Counted from the first letter of the stretch, positions 17,810 to 28,862 are shown. The stretch is DNA of 64,000 nt from Myxococcota bacterium (GCA_963676915.2 CAXXVK010000011.1:64001-128000); one strand, 5' to 3'. Notes: generated by a model from the sequence alone, not told the origin. Numbers and translations are program-made.

Positions 17810-18559
17810 TTATCCGAAATCGCTGGTGTCGAGGAGGCGGTTGCGTTCCTGAAGTTGCCTGCGGAAGATGAAATTGACGACCTGGCACCGGTCGGACTCG
17901 GAAATACCGACGAATTTGATGCGCACGATGTATTTTTTCAACGTACCGTCCTGGACTGGTTGATCTCCTACAACGCGCCCCGCGATATTCAGTTTGGAAT
18001 TTTGCAACTGAATTTCCAAATAGAGTTCTTGCCCGGCTTTCAGCGGCTGATCGAGCATCAAGGCAATACCGCCGCCGCTGATATCGCGACTTTGAGCGGT
18101 TTCCCCTTCGGCGTCGCACAGAGCGGACCACTGCTTCTGGCTTTTCGTACGTAAAGCAAAGCCGTCGAGGTAGTGATCGGGGATTTTTACGGGAACGAAA
18201 CGGACGTTCAGATGGGTTCCGATACGGAAAAATTCGCGATCCACCTGCTCGATAGGCACAAGCGGTTGTCCCAACTCCAGCAGTACGCTGCGTTCTCCGG
18301 TGGTATCGGTGCTCAACTCGATGCCTTCGATACGAAACGTTCCAAGTTGAACGATGTTTTGCCGAAGGTATTCGACAAGGACTCTTTTTCCAGGTTGCAG
18401 CGCCTGCGGGGTAATCGCCTCCGGCAAGAACACCACAAGGTTCTTTAAGGATGCCGTATGGTGAGCTTTCGCACCCACTTGCAGGTAATACCCAGCCGTG
18501 CATTCAATCGTCAGGGCAACGAGTTGATCGTTTTTCGGAACTGCAAACTCGTGAGGCAT
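17810..18559 (-). CDS. PilZ domain protein (YcgR/flagellar brake-like, c-di-GMP receptor)
   Basis: REFFR (RxxxR) and DISGGG (DxSxxG) motifs. C-terminal IFRRQ-type helix. Confidence 0.85.
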   Translation of the reverse strand: MPHEFAVPKNDQLVALTIECTAGYYLQVGAKAHHTASLKNLVVFLPEAITPQALQPGKRVLVEYLRQNIVQLGTFRIEGIELSTDTTGERSVLLELGQPLVPIEQVDREFFRIGTHLNVRFVPVKIPDHYLDGFALRTKSQKQWSALCDAEGETAQSRDISGGGIALMLDQPLKAGQELYLEIQLQNSKLNIAGRVVGDQPVQDGTLKKYIVRIKFVGISESDRCQVVNFIFRRQLQERNRLLDTSDFG

Positions 18560-19022
18560 AAAACTTCTTCCAGGTCGATCTTGAAACGTCGGTTTCTAGT
18601 TTGATTTCTTTGACTCGGAACGAAGGACGATGGCGTATCAATCCATCCTCGGAACGAAAACGAAATCATTCCTTCGTACCTGTTTTCTTTTTACACTCGA
18701 AACGATTCGTTTGCAAACGATCGTCTTTCATGCCTACGAAAACATGCGTCAAATTCAGTCAAACGGGAATCGTTTCCCCACGATGTTTTTCAAAATGCCG
18801 AATTGTCCGTGCCAGGAGACTTCCTGTTTCCTCGCCTGAATCATTCATGAAGAATCACCTACGACTTGAAAACTCTCGATGTTTCACTCGTTTCCCGATT
18901 TTCATCCTCGACAGACTATTGAGTATGCCTGCGGGTGAAATTCGCTCCAACTTCGTGAAACATCTTCGGTTTTCGGCGTCTCGCAACGATTCTCACGAAT
19001 GTTCCAGGCCGCACGGACGATT

Positions 19023-19433
19023 TCAGGCTACCTTGAAAAGCATTCGCAGATAACTATCGCTTGCCGACATTCCATCATGCTCTTCTCGTTTAGAACTGGA
19101 TGATGGCTCGACGGAAGCAGTCAGCGCTTGAACGGCGCTTTTTCCTCCCGGCAATTTGCGCATCTGTTCCAATCCAAACTGGAACTCGGTGGACACCCGT
19201 TCGTATTCCTGCGCAAGACTCTGGCATTCCGCATACTTGCGTTCCAGTTCCTTGCCGAACGATGCCTTGAGTTCATCGGACCAGTGGGTGGACTGGTACA
19301 TCATCCTCGCCGCCGAACGATAGGCATTGAGAGAACTTACGAGCGCATTGAGTTTCAACTCGCACTCGGCGTGCAACCGGAGAAAACTTTCCGGATTGCG
19401 ACTGGGCTTCTTTTTCCTGAAGTTTCCGAACAT
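19023..19433 (-). CDS. Hypothetical protein, helical/coiled-coil
   Basis: 136-aa ORF with AAGGAG RBS. No recognised domain. Confidence 0.55.
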   Translation of the reverse strand: MFGNFRKKKPSRNPESFLRLHAECELKLNALVSSLNAYRSAARMMYQSTHWSDELKASFGKELERKYAECQSLAQEYERVSTEFQFGLEQMRKLPGGKSAVQALTASVEPSSSSKREEHDGMSASDSYLRMLFKVA

Positions 19434-19585
19434 GACAATCTCCTTGCAATCCTTTGCAAACTACTAAACATCCGTGTCATCAAATCCAATCGGTTCGTAG
19501 TGGAGATCCTGAAACAGGAAATTTCAGGTTTTGTGTCGGTTGAGTAGGGAAAAAGTGGAATGTAGATATTATAATTTACCAAAGA

Positions 19586-21661
19586 TTACAGATCGTCATC
19601 CGTTTTTCTCTTTCTGTAACCTACGAGAAACAAAAGAATCGCTGCAAACAGGAACGACCCTGTAAGCCCTGACATTCGGCAGCCATCCGAGGTTTTCGAG
19701 GTTGTTCCTTCCGAATCCAGGTCGCCGCCGACCGCTTCATCGTCGGATGTCACTTGCGGAGCTACGGGAGGGCAGGCGGAGTTGTCCGCCGGGGTTTCCA
19801 TACCATCGGTGGGTTTGTCGCAGAAACCTTGAAGCTTTGCTTCCACTTGCAGATCGAAAGGTGGTTGGGTGGTATCCGTGGCTTTCAAAATGAGGGAAAC
19901 CTGAAACGTTCTGGCCGGGGCGTCATCGGCGAAAAGCTCGTCGCGGTCAGGATTTTCCACGGTCAGACTGAAGCTGGTGGTGTCGCCATCGGTTTCGGGA
20001 GCGGATAGGGATTCGTCCGCATTTTGCCATTGCATCGTGGATAGGTCGAGCGCGGTGCTTTGGACTTCGCCGTCGGGATTGCCGGTTTCATCTACCGTAG
20101 CTGCTTCGATTTCCAGGACTCCGGTCCCGTGAAACGCTGCCGTTTCCAGTGTTACATCCAATCGATAGTAGGGGAAAATCATCTCCGGGGCCGGGTTGCT
20201 GTTGGCCGATCGCAGATCGATGGCGAAATCCATTCGGGAAAACGGCCCTGGCGCGGAAGGATGCAAAACGACGGTTTCGTCTTGGTAGTTCATCGAGTCG
20301 GTCCAGGCCGACATTCTAGGACGGTAAGGGAAGCCGAATTCCACGAAACGGGCTTTGTCGAAGGGGCTGGCGTTCGATTGCAGCACCGTGCCTACCATGT
20401 GGGGATTTTCGAACAGACGTTCCACAAGATCCTGAACGGAGAATTCCAGAACCTCTCCGACGATTTCCGGCATGGAGCGACCATAGGTGAAATCCCGGTC
20501 ATCGACGCCGTACAGGTGCTTGGTGGAGAGTCCTGTTTCCGGGTCGATACCGAAAACGGCCACGTCGTCCAGGCGTGTCCCACCGCTTTCGAATTCCACG
20601 GCGAGGTTATCCATCCATTTGTCGATGGTTTCGAGGTCTGGAACGATGTCCTGTCCGTCTTCGGTAACTTTCAAATACGAGGACCATTGCGCCAGTCCAC
20701 TCACTGCCCCCATGGAAATCTGACAGGGCATGGAACCGCCTACACCTTCTTTTCCGGTCATTCGCTGGCGATAGTTGGTGCTGCACTCGATGGAAACTTC
20801 TCCGTTTTCCACGATGATCGGATATTCATGGCCGAGGTTGTCGTACTCGGAAACACCGTATAGAGCGGCCAGAATCCCTTCGGAGGCGGACCCCAGGGAG
20901 GCGGCGTCGGTCATGTCCAGTAGAGACTCTGGATTCACTCCTGTGGCGTTTTCGTTCAATATGCCGGTCCAGTTCAGGTAATGGCTACCGTCGGAGTATT
21001 GGGAAATTTGTACTGCAAGTCCGAGATGCGGATTCTGATTTCCGAACGCGGTTTCGGCGTTTTCCTGTGATAGATATTCATCGTTTTCATATCCGTACAG
21101 CAGTGGATGAGCGAGGAAATCGGTAGGATAGCCATGGCGACCGTTGACGTTGAAAACCAATGCAGCTCCGGCACTGTCTACAAACGTGTGACGATTGTAG
21201 AGACTTCCGGAGGGATTTTCCCAGTCCGGGATGATGTATTCCATGTGGCCGCGCCAGTCCTCGACGGCGTGGGCGGCGTACCCGAAAGCCCACGAAATTT
21301 CATGGATATCTTTTGCATTGGCGATCAGGTGCCGGGACCAGGCGAAGTAGCGGTCCGGGTCGGTGTATCGTCCCCAGCATTCGTTGGAAATTCTGCCGTT
21401 GTCTCCTCCACAGGCGACCGTGCAGAACGAGGCCATGAATTCGTCGGAAAGAATATACCAGACGTCGGGACCATAGGAGCCGTGAACCAACAATCCCAGA
21501 TTGAACGCCTCTTTCCAGCGGTGGGAAATACGGTCGTGCCCATGAACGGTCAACGCGCTGTGCACACCCGGTCCCCAGCCCCAAGCGGGTTTCGAATCGT
21601 CGATAAGAAAAAACGACAACGTAACGAACAAAACCGAAAAAATGCGTAAAAATTGCTTCAT
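19586..21661 (-). CDS. Zn-dependent phospholipase C/P1-nuclease-like surface protein with MYXO-CTERM-like tail
   Basis: Signal peptide, then mature N-terminal WGPGVH, GSYGPD, GYAAHAVEDWRGH and H..D Zn ligands. C-terminal SDGC, hydrophobic helix and YRKRK. Confidence 0.75.
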   Translation of the reverse strand: MKQFLRIFSVLFVTLSFFLIDDSKPAWGWGPGVHSALTVHGHDRISHRWKEAFNLGLLVHGSYGPDVWYILSDEFMASFCTVACGGDNGRISNECWGRYTDPDRYFAWSRHLIANAKDIHEISWAFGYAAHAVEDWRGHMEYIIPDWENPSGSLYNRHTFVDSAGAALVFNVNGRHGYPTDFLAHPLLYGYENDEYLSQENAETAFGNQNPHLGLAVQISQYSDGSHYLNWTGILNENATGVNPESLLDMTDAASLGSASEGILAALYGVSEYDNLGHEYPIIVENGEVSIECSTNYRQRMTGKEGVGGSMPCQISMGAVSGLAQWSSYLKVTEDGQDIVPDLETIDKWMDNLAVEFESGGTRLDDVAVFGIDPETGLSTKHLYGVDDRDFTYGRSMPEIVGEVLEFSVQDLVERLFENPHMVGTVLQSNASPFDKARFVEFGFPYRPRMSAWTDSMNYQDETVVLHPSAPGPFSRMDFAIDLRSANSNPAPEMIFPYYRLDVTLETAAFHGTGVLEIEAATVDETGNPDGEVQSTALDLSTMQWQNADESLSAPETDGDTTSFSLTVENPDRDELFADDAPARTFQVSLILKATDTTQPPFDLQVEAKLQGFCDKPTDGMETPADNSACPPVAPQVTSDDEAVGGDLDSEGTTSKTSDGCRMSGLTGSFLFAAILLFLVGYRKRKTDDDL

Positions 21662-21746
21662 AGTGTCAACTCCCGAGAGGGGAAAGAACGGCTGTCGGTA
21701 GAATGTTTTCCATGCCGGTTCTCTATACCATGTTTCTTTAGACGAC

Positions 21747-21773
21747 AAAAGGCCCGTCGTCATGACGGGCCTT
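21747..21773 (-). terminator. Rho-independent terminator of dcw operon
   Basis: AAGGCCCGTC-N5-GACGGGCCTT hairpin with a short T run on the minus strand, just after ftsZ. Confidence 0.7.
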
Positions 21774-21804
21774 GGAAGGAAAAACCTTCGTACATCATTC
21801 GTTT

Positions 21805-23160
21805 TTAGCGTTCCCGCTCGCGGAGGCGGATTTTCCGTCGTGCCGATTGAATGATGGCCTGGTCGTTGAAGATATCTTCTTCGTACAGGCTGTTGACGCG
21901 TGGCGTCTCGCGGCGCGGACGAGTTTCGCGGGGACGGATTTCACGCGGGGTGTCGGCACGGTCGAAGAAAGACGAAGGAAGCGACTGGGGCGGAGCCACC
22001 AGTTCTTCGTCGTCGGGCCTCGATTTCGGGGCATCGCCGCCCATCGGCAGGTCGTCCTCGAAAATTTCCACAGACGTGCTCGACGAGGCGCGAAGATCGT
22101 CGCCTACCTGCAGTTTCCGACGACGACGAGGAGAGCGTCGGCCACGCGTCGGAGTTTCCGAATCGTTGGCTTCGTCCGGGAAACCGGTTGCGATAACGGT
22201 AACTTGCACACTGTCTTCCATGCTGTCGTCCACCACGTATCCGAAGATAACCGAGGCTTGCGGATCGGCGCTTTGCTGAATGTAGGTAACGGCTTCGTCC
22301 ACTTCGGAGGCTCGAAGCTGGGTGGAACCGGTAACGTTGATGAGCACGCCGCGAGCACCCTCGATGGAGAGATCGTCGAGCAGCGGGGAGGAGATCGCCA
22401 TCCGGGCGGCGTCCATGGCGCGGTTGGTGCCACTGCCTAGACCGGTGCCCATGATCGCCATTCCCATGTTGGACATGATCGATTTCACGTCGGCGAAGTC
22501 CACGTTGACGTAGCCTGCCGTGGTGATGAGATCGGAGATGCCGCGCACCGCACCGACGAGAACGTTATCCGCTTCTTTGAAGGCTTCGACGAAGCCCAGG
22601 TTTCCGCCGTCGATATCCAAAAGTTTCTGGTTGGGAATCACGACCAGGGTATTGACGCAGGATTTGAGTTCCTTGACGCCTTCCAGTGCCGTGTTCATCC
22701 TTTTCTGACCTTCGAAATTGAACGGCTTGGTAACGACACCGACGGTCAGGATGCCCATGTCCATCGCTTTTTGTGCGATGACCGGGGCCGCGCCCGTGCC
22801 GGTTCCGCCGCCCATACCCGCCGTGACGAACAGCATGTCCACGCCTTGGATCATCTCTTCGATCACCGCCAGCGATTCTTCTGCCGCTTTCTGGCCGACT
22901 TTGGGATAACCGCCAGCGCCAAGGCCGCGTGTCAGCGATTCACCCAATTGGATCTGCAGGGCCACTTTCGAACGTTCCAGCGCCTGCACGTCGGTGTTGG
23001 CCACGATAAACGACACGTTTTTCACATCGGCTTCCATCATCGACGTAACCGCGTTGCTCCCGGCGCCGCCCGCACCCAGAACCGCCAGTTTCGCCGAGCG
23101 GAAGCTCAGTTCGTCCGCCATGTTGAATTTGATTTCGAAATCGTCTCTGCTTTCCGTCAT
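21805..23160 (-). CDS. ftsZ: Cell division protein FtsZ
   Basis: [39 protein letters not shown] (T7 loop) and VTVIATG. Start MTESRD after GGAGG. Confidence 0.97.
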   Translation of the reverse strand: MTESRDDFEIKFNMADELSFRSAKLAVLGAGGAGSNAVTSMMEADVKNVSFIVANTDVQALERSKVALQIQLGESLTRGLGAGGYPKVGQKAAEESLAVIEEMIQGVDMLFVTAGMGGGTGTGAAPVIAQKAMDMGILTVGVVTKPFNFEGQKRMNTALEGVKELKSCVNTLVVIPNQKLLDIDGGNLGFVEAFKEADNVLVGAVRGISDLITTAGYVNVDFADVKSIMSNMGMAIMGTGLGSGTNRAMDAARMAISSPLLDDLSIEGARGVLINVTGSTQLRASEVDEAVTYIQQSADPQASVIFGYVVDDSMEDSVQVTVIATGFPDEANDSETPTRGRRSPRRRRKLQVGDDLRASSSTSVEIFEDDLPMGGDAPKSRPDDEELVAPPQSLPSSFFDRADTPREIRPRETRPRRETPRVNSLYEEDIFNDQAIIQSARRKIRLRERER

Positions 23161-23223
23161 TCTTTCCTCCTTTGGGCTCCCTGACCCGAAATTATCCGTA
23201 CATCGGAAATCAAACAAGTTCGT

Positions 23224-24283
23224 TCAGTTTTTTTCTTCCATTCCGGCTATGAACGGTCCGCCCACCGTCCACGTCGGAAAAACTGCAACATTCTTTTCAA
23301 CTCTTTGAATTTCTTTCAATTTCGCGAGAGGCTGGTTGATTCCCAGCAACGTCACGCGAACGTTGTCTCCGTTTTCACAGGCAATACGGCGACTCCGAAG
23401 ATTGGTGTTGTTCACCAGCGTCATCAGCAGGGCTTCCACCTGCTCCAGCGCATTTTCCCGTTGGGGACCGGAGCGAACCGTCAGACAAAGGGTTTCGCTT
23501 TGCTCCAAGGGGATTTTCCACGAGGAACTGCGCGATATCGCTTTGAAAAAGGCATTGCGGGGAGCTAGTCCGCCCGCTGCCGAAGCCGTGGATACCGCGA
23601 TGGAAGCTTTCTCGAAAACTTCCTCGGAGAGTTCGTCTGCCTGTTCCGCCTGATCTTCTTCCAAAAACAGGTCGCAGACGGTTTCGATCATCTGCGCCAT
23701 TTCGTCGTCGCATTTTTTGAAAATCGTATAGGTTCCCGCTTCAAGAACGCTTTCTTCGAGGTCGGCTCCCGTGATGCGAATCACGCCGTTGCAGGCGCTT
23801 TCCAACTCGTCGATGGCTTTATTCGCCGTTTCCTGCCGATCTTTTCCTTCGAAATCGAAAGGAAGTCCGACCACGGCTACGGTGGCGATACCCCGGCGTC
23901 TGGCCTCGGAGGCGATGACCGGCAGAGCACCGCTGGCGGTTTCACCGCCCAGACCGCCCACGAGGACGAGTTTTGCGCAATCCACGCAGTTTCAAACCCC
24001 ATCGTCTGCGGGAATCCCGAGCACACAACGCACCGTAGCGGCCATCGATACGTCCCCGGTTGACCGGCGTTCCCTGGCCGAACGGCAGACGGCTCAACGG
24101 TCGTAAATGGGAAGATTCCAACAGGTCGAGATCGGTGTCCAACGCCAGCAACGAGACTTGGTCCGGCAGGCGTTCGCGAACCTTTGCCAGAACGTTCAGA
24201 CCCGCTTCTCCGACCCCGAAAACACCGACCTGGCAGGCTTGTAGCCTTTGCTGGATGTCTTCTTTCATTTCATTTTTCAACAT
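23224..24283 (-). CDS. Divergent FtsZ/tubulin-like protein (split by one +1 frameshift at ~23971-23974)
   Basis: GVGEAGLNV, ALDTD, GGLGGETASG, LPFDFEG and VRVTLLG follow FtsZ motif order. Removing one base from the A4 run joins the two ORFs into 352 aa. Confidence 0.75.
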
Positions 24284-24313
24284 AATCAGATGCTCCTTGG
24301 CGGCGGTAAATTC

Positions 24314-25516
24314 TCAGGGTCCGAAAAATTTCGTGATTTTGTTCCAAAGGCTGCGTTTGCCGATTTTCGTGGCACCGTGTCGAGCGCCGTACATCACGAG
24401 TCCTACGCTCGTAGAAAACTTCGGCTTGGATACCATGTCCGTAAGTCCGGTGAATCCTTTGGGTTTCGCGACACGTACCGGCATATCGAACATTTCTTCG
24501 GCCAGCGTTTCGATGCCTTTGAGCGAGGTGCAGCCTCCCGTAAGGACCACTCCCGCTCCGATGTAGCCTGCCATGCCGGAGGCTTCGATGTTGCTGATGA
24601 TGGCCGAAAAAATCTCTTCCATGCGCGCTTCGATGATGTCGCATAACGCCATACGGCTGATCAGGTGACTGGCCCCCACGCCGACCCTTGGAACGTCCAC
24701 GGTGTCGGTGTTGTTGACCAACTCGGCCAGGGCGCAGCCTTCGTGTTCCTTGATGCGTTCGGCGTCTTCGGGTGGTGTGCGCAGGCTGACGGCGATGTCG
24801 TTGGAAATCATGTCCCCGCCGGAAGCGATGACTCCGGCATGGAGAAGCGCGCCCTTGGAGTAAATCAGGATGTCCGAGGTTCCCGCGCCGATATCCACGA
24901 AGATGCAGCCCAGGTCTTTTTCCGGAGGCGTCAACGTGGCGTAGGAAGCGGCCAGCGGATCGAAAATCATATCGCAGACATTCACCCCGGCCTTGTTGCA
25001 GCAGCGCTCGATATTCTGCATGGCGGTCGCGGCGGCGGTGATGATGTGAACCTGAGTTTTCAGCCGCACGCCGCTGATGCCCAGTGGCACTTTGACTCCG
25101 GCCTGGTCGTCCACGATGTATTCCTGGACTTTGGTGTGGAGAACTTTGCGGTCCATGGGGATCGGCACGGCATTGGCCTGTTCCAATACGCGGTCGATGT
25201 CGCTCTGTTCGATTTCCTTGCCTTTGATGGGCACGACGCCATCGCTGTTTTCACCCTTGATATGCGGGCCGCTGATACCGACGAAAACGTCCGAAATCTG
25301 TACCCCGGCCATCAGTTCGGCGTCTTCCACCGAACTGCGGATGGAATGCACCGTTTCCTCGATGTTCGTGATGCTTCCACTGGACATACCCGAGGATTTC
25401 TGCGTTCCCACGCCGATGACTTCAACTTCGCCGTCTTCTTTTACTTCGCTGGCAATACAGCGGGTATCGGATGTTCCGATATCGAGACTGGCGATGATTT
25501 CTCCTTTTTTGGCCAT
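24314..25516 (-). CDS. ftsA: Cell division protein FtsA
   Basis: MAKKGEIIASLDIGTS, VDIGAGTSD, IEARMEEIF, GVVLTGG and STSVGL motifs. Confidence 0.96.
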   Translation of the reverse strand: MAKKGEIIASLDIGTSDTRCIASEVKEDGEVEVIGVGTQKSSGMSSGSITNIEETVHSIRSSVEDAELMAGVQISDVFVGISGPHIKGENSDGVVPIKGKEIEQSDIDRVLEQANAVPIPMDRKVLHTKVQEYIVDDQAGVKVPLGISGVRLKTQVHIITAAATAMQNIERCCNKAGVNVCDMIFDPLAASYATLTPPEKDLGCIFVDIGAGTSDILIYSKGALLHAGVIASGGDMISNDIAVSLRTPPEDAERIKEHEGCALAELVNNTDTVDVPRVGVGASHLISRMALCDIIEARMEEIFSAIISNIEASGMAGYIGAGVVLTGGCTSLKGIETLAEEMFDMPVRVAKPKGFTGLTDMVSKPKFSTSVGLVMYGARHGATKIGKRSLWNKITKFFGP

Positions 25517-25518
25517 GG

Positions 25519-26434
25519 TTACCTTCCCATCTCCTCTTGTCCGAAATCCTCGGGCTTCGGAGCCTGGAACCGTATGGAGATTTTTTCCGAATGGTTTCTG
25601 TTGTTCAAGTTGATGCGGAGCGGCTTGCGTTCTCCCTGGAAAAGGTCCGTCCAGTTTTTCCTGAAGACGGTCGAGTTTGCGTTGCCAGTTGTCGTCCCCG
25701 ACGATCACTTTGGTGGGGATCGATCCGACGAGCAGTGCAAATCCCGTCGTTTCCAGAATCACTTCGTGCAGGTCGGCTCTTTTCGACAAAGGATGCTCAC
25801 GATAAAGCCGAATCAGGTCGAAAGCGTTCGTAACGTTCTCGCTTACCTTTTTCTTTTCTTCTTCTTTGGCGTTGTTTTTATTCTTTTGGTTTTCTTTTTG
25901 ATCTTTCGTCTCGAAATCCGCCGGTTTCAACCCACGGATCAAGGTGTATTCGTCAATGGAATCCAAATCGGCGAGTTTGAAAGGTTCGAGGTCGGTATTG
26001 AGATACACGTAGGCTCCCAGGTCAACCACGGCCACGACCTTTTGTTCGGTGACGGCGATGGTCAGCGAACGGTTCAGCCAGTTTCGCGTAATGTCGGCCT
26101 GTGCCACCCACGGAAGTTTCTCGACCTTTCGGGCGGCGGGTTTGGTGTCCATCCCGACGAGATCCATTCCCTGGGTTATTCCCGATTGGAAGATCACAGC
26201 ATCATTGGGAGTTTTTTCACTGCCGGTGACATGGATTTGTTGGAGTTCGATCAGTCCGAACGACGAAACCGGAACGATTCCTTCCCAGGCCAGTGCGGCA
26301 TAGACGAAGACGGACGCCAGGATCACGGTTCCCAGGATTTTTCCGATGTTTCGCGAGGGTGGCGCGACTTCATTCGGATGTTCCAGCTTCCGGTTTTTTC
26401 TCAGCAGAATGTTTGCCGTTCTCTGCGGAGCCAT
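25519..26434 (-). CDS. ftsQ: Cell division protein FtsQ (apparent in-frame fusion to FtsA caused by +1 base at ~25655-25659)
   Basis: TM helix and POTRA domain (LPWVAQADITRNW). Removing one A gives ...LRINLNNRNHSEKISIRF...EEMGR* ending 2 nt before the ftsA ATG. Confidence 0.85.
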
Positions 26435-26447
26435 AATCGTTAGCCTT

Positions 26448-27409
26448 TCAAGCTTCGGAACTCGTCCGTTCGAGTCCCAGCGAGGCGTCCAACAACATTT
26501 CTTCCATCAAATCGTCGAAACCGATTCCCACACCCTGTGCGATTTTCGGCACGAGGCTGTGAGATGTGAGTCCGGGCATGGTGTTGATTTCCAGCACTAC
26601 CGTTCCTCGTGTTTTGTGAAAAACAAGGTCCGTTCGGGTTACGCCACTGCATCCGAGGGCTTTGTGCGTTTTCAGTGCAAGTTCGCAGCATTCTTTGTAA
26701 TCTTTGGGTTGAATGCTGGGCGGGTACAGGTAGCGTGTATCGTTGGTCAGGTACTTGGCTTCGTAATCGTAAAATTCTCCTTGAGGAACGATTTCAATGG
26801 CTCCAAGCACCCGTCCGCACAAAATCGCTACATTGATTTCCTTGCCTGGCCTGAATTCCTGAATCAAAAGAGTGTTTTCACCTTCTGTCGCTTTCTCTAC
26901 CGCCGGTGGCAATTCGTCGGGATTGCGCACGATGGAGACGCCGACGCTGGAGCCTTCGGTGTTCGGTTTGACCACCACCGGCAAGGGGAAATCCAGGTCT
27001 TCCGCTTTGAGCAGGCGGGCGTCTTCGGCGTCGAAGCGTTGGTATTTTGGGACGGGAATTCCGCTGGCCTGCAAGACACGGGCGCTGAAATCCTTGTCCA
27101 TCGCCAGCGCGGAGGACATGACTTTCGAACCGGTGTAGGGGATGTTCATCATTTCGAGCATCCCTTGCAGACAGCCGTCCTCGCCCCATTTGCCATGCAG
27201 AGCGATGAAAGCCACCTCGATCTCGTTTTTACGCAGATCTTCGGCCACGTTCGGACTAACGTCGATTTCAATGACTTGATATTGTTTGCGTTTCAGGGCG
27301 GCGAGGGCAGCGCGTCCCGGTCTCGAACGAAACTTCGCGTTCCCGCCGATTCCCCACCAAGGAGTACGGCAACCTTTTTTTGCAGCATGGCTTCCCGGCT
27401 AAAACTCAT
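26448..27409 (-). CDS. ddl: D-alanine--D-alanine ligase (two +1 frameshifts near 27316-27344)
   Basis: VAVLLGGES(AEREVS), ALHGKWGEDG, PYTGS, KPNTEGSSVG, YDYEAKY and LEINTMPG motifs. Confidence 0.92.
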
Positions 27410-28806
27410 GGCGCTTTCCCTTCTTTTTCCTTCAGCATCGAAAGAACGTCCAGTCCCGTCCGGTGGATATCTCCCGGCCACCAAGGGTCAACAGCAGTTC
27501 ACCCGGATCCCAGCGTTTCCACGGCCCGGCGTCCGGCCTTGTCCCGGTCGCCCACGTATTCGACCTGAACGCCCCTGATTCTTGATTCGCTCGACGAGCG
27601 TCTGGCTGTCGATTCCTTCGATGGGCGGTTCGCTGGCCGCGTAAATATCCGTAACGATCAACCGATCGACGTTTTCGAAAGACTGGGCGAATTCGTCCAT
27701 CAGGTCGCGGGTTCGTGTGTAGCGGTGTGGCTGGAACAGCACCGTAATCGCCCCGTCGAAGCATTCTCTTGCAGCTTTAAGGGTGGCGCGAATTTCCGAG
27801 GGATGGTGCCCATAGTCGTCCACGACCGTTACACCGCCAGCTCGACCCTTGATCTGGAACCGGCGTTCCACACCATCGAAAGTTGCGAGGGCTTCGGTCA
27901 GAGTCGCCACGGGAATGTCCAGTTCGAATCCCACGATAAAAGCCGCCAGGGCGTTCAATACGTTGTGGTGTCCCGGTAAGGGAACCTGTACACGGCCAAG
28001 TTCCTTGTCGCCGTATACGATGTCGAATTCCATGCAGAGATTCCGGGCGCGAATGCGGGTGGCGCGGAAATCGTTTGCCTTCTTCGAGGCCGTAGGTAAC
28101 GTTTCGACCCTTGATACGTCCGCTGATTTCCCGGACGATCGGATCGTCTCCGCATAATACGTTCACGCCGTAAAATGGAATGCTGCTTGCGAAACTGACG
28201 AAGGCGTCTTTCTAACGCGTCGAAAGAGCCATAATAATCCAGGTGTTCTCTGTCGATGTTGGTGACGACGGTCAGCATTGGTGTGAGTCGCAGGAAACTG
28301 CCGTCCGACTCGTCGGCTTCGGCGACCAGCATCGAACCTTCACCCAGGCGGGCATTGGTGGCCGTAGCTCGTCAGTCGTCCTCCCACGAAAAAGGTGGGG
28401 GTCCATTCCGGCGGCGGAAAGCAGCCAGGCGATCAAGCTGGTGGTAGTGGTTTTGCCGTGCGATCCTGCCACGGCGATACCTTCCTTGAGGCGCATCAGT
28501 TCGGCCAGCATCTGGGCTCGCGGAATCACGGGGATTCCCCCGGCGGATGGGCCTCGGCCAGTTCGGGGTTGTCCGAACGGAATGGCCGAAGAACAGACCA
28601 ACACGTTGGCGTCGCCAAGGTTTGACGAATCGTGCTTGAAATTGTAGCCGAACGCCGAGTTGCTCCAGTCGTTTCGTGTAGCGCGACTTTTTGAGGTCGG
28701 ACCCCGAAACCTTGAACCGCAATCCCGTAAGCACTTCGGCCAGTCCGCACATGCCGACTCCGCCGATGCCTACGAAATGCACGTTTTTGAAGCGTTTTAG
28801 CAACAT
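27406..28806 (-). CDS. murC: UDP-N-acetylmuramate--L-alanine ligase (multiple frameshifts)
   Basis: Fragments in order: [63 protein letters not shown]. Stop overlaps the ddl start. Confidence 0.9.
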
Positions 28807-28862
28807 GGGTTCGAACTTTCCTTTATCTCGTATCAAACGGCGTCAAACGCCGCCCGTTTGTG

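Noticed and set aside
18796-18815. Sigma54 promoter upstream of the PilZ gene (TGGCACGGACAATTC, minus strand)
   Set aside because: No GC at the required -12 spacing.
24314-26434. 706-aa FtsQ-FtsA fusion ORF
   Set aside because: It is topologically implausible (periplasmic FtsQ end joined to cytoplasmic FtsA). Removing one A from a homopolymer restores an FtsQ-like C-terminus and a stop just before the ftsA ATG.
24665-26443. 592-aa plus-strand ORF
   Set aside because: Antisense shadow of ftsA/ftsQ with no recognisable motifs.
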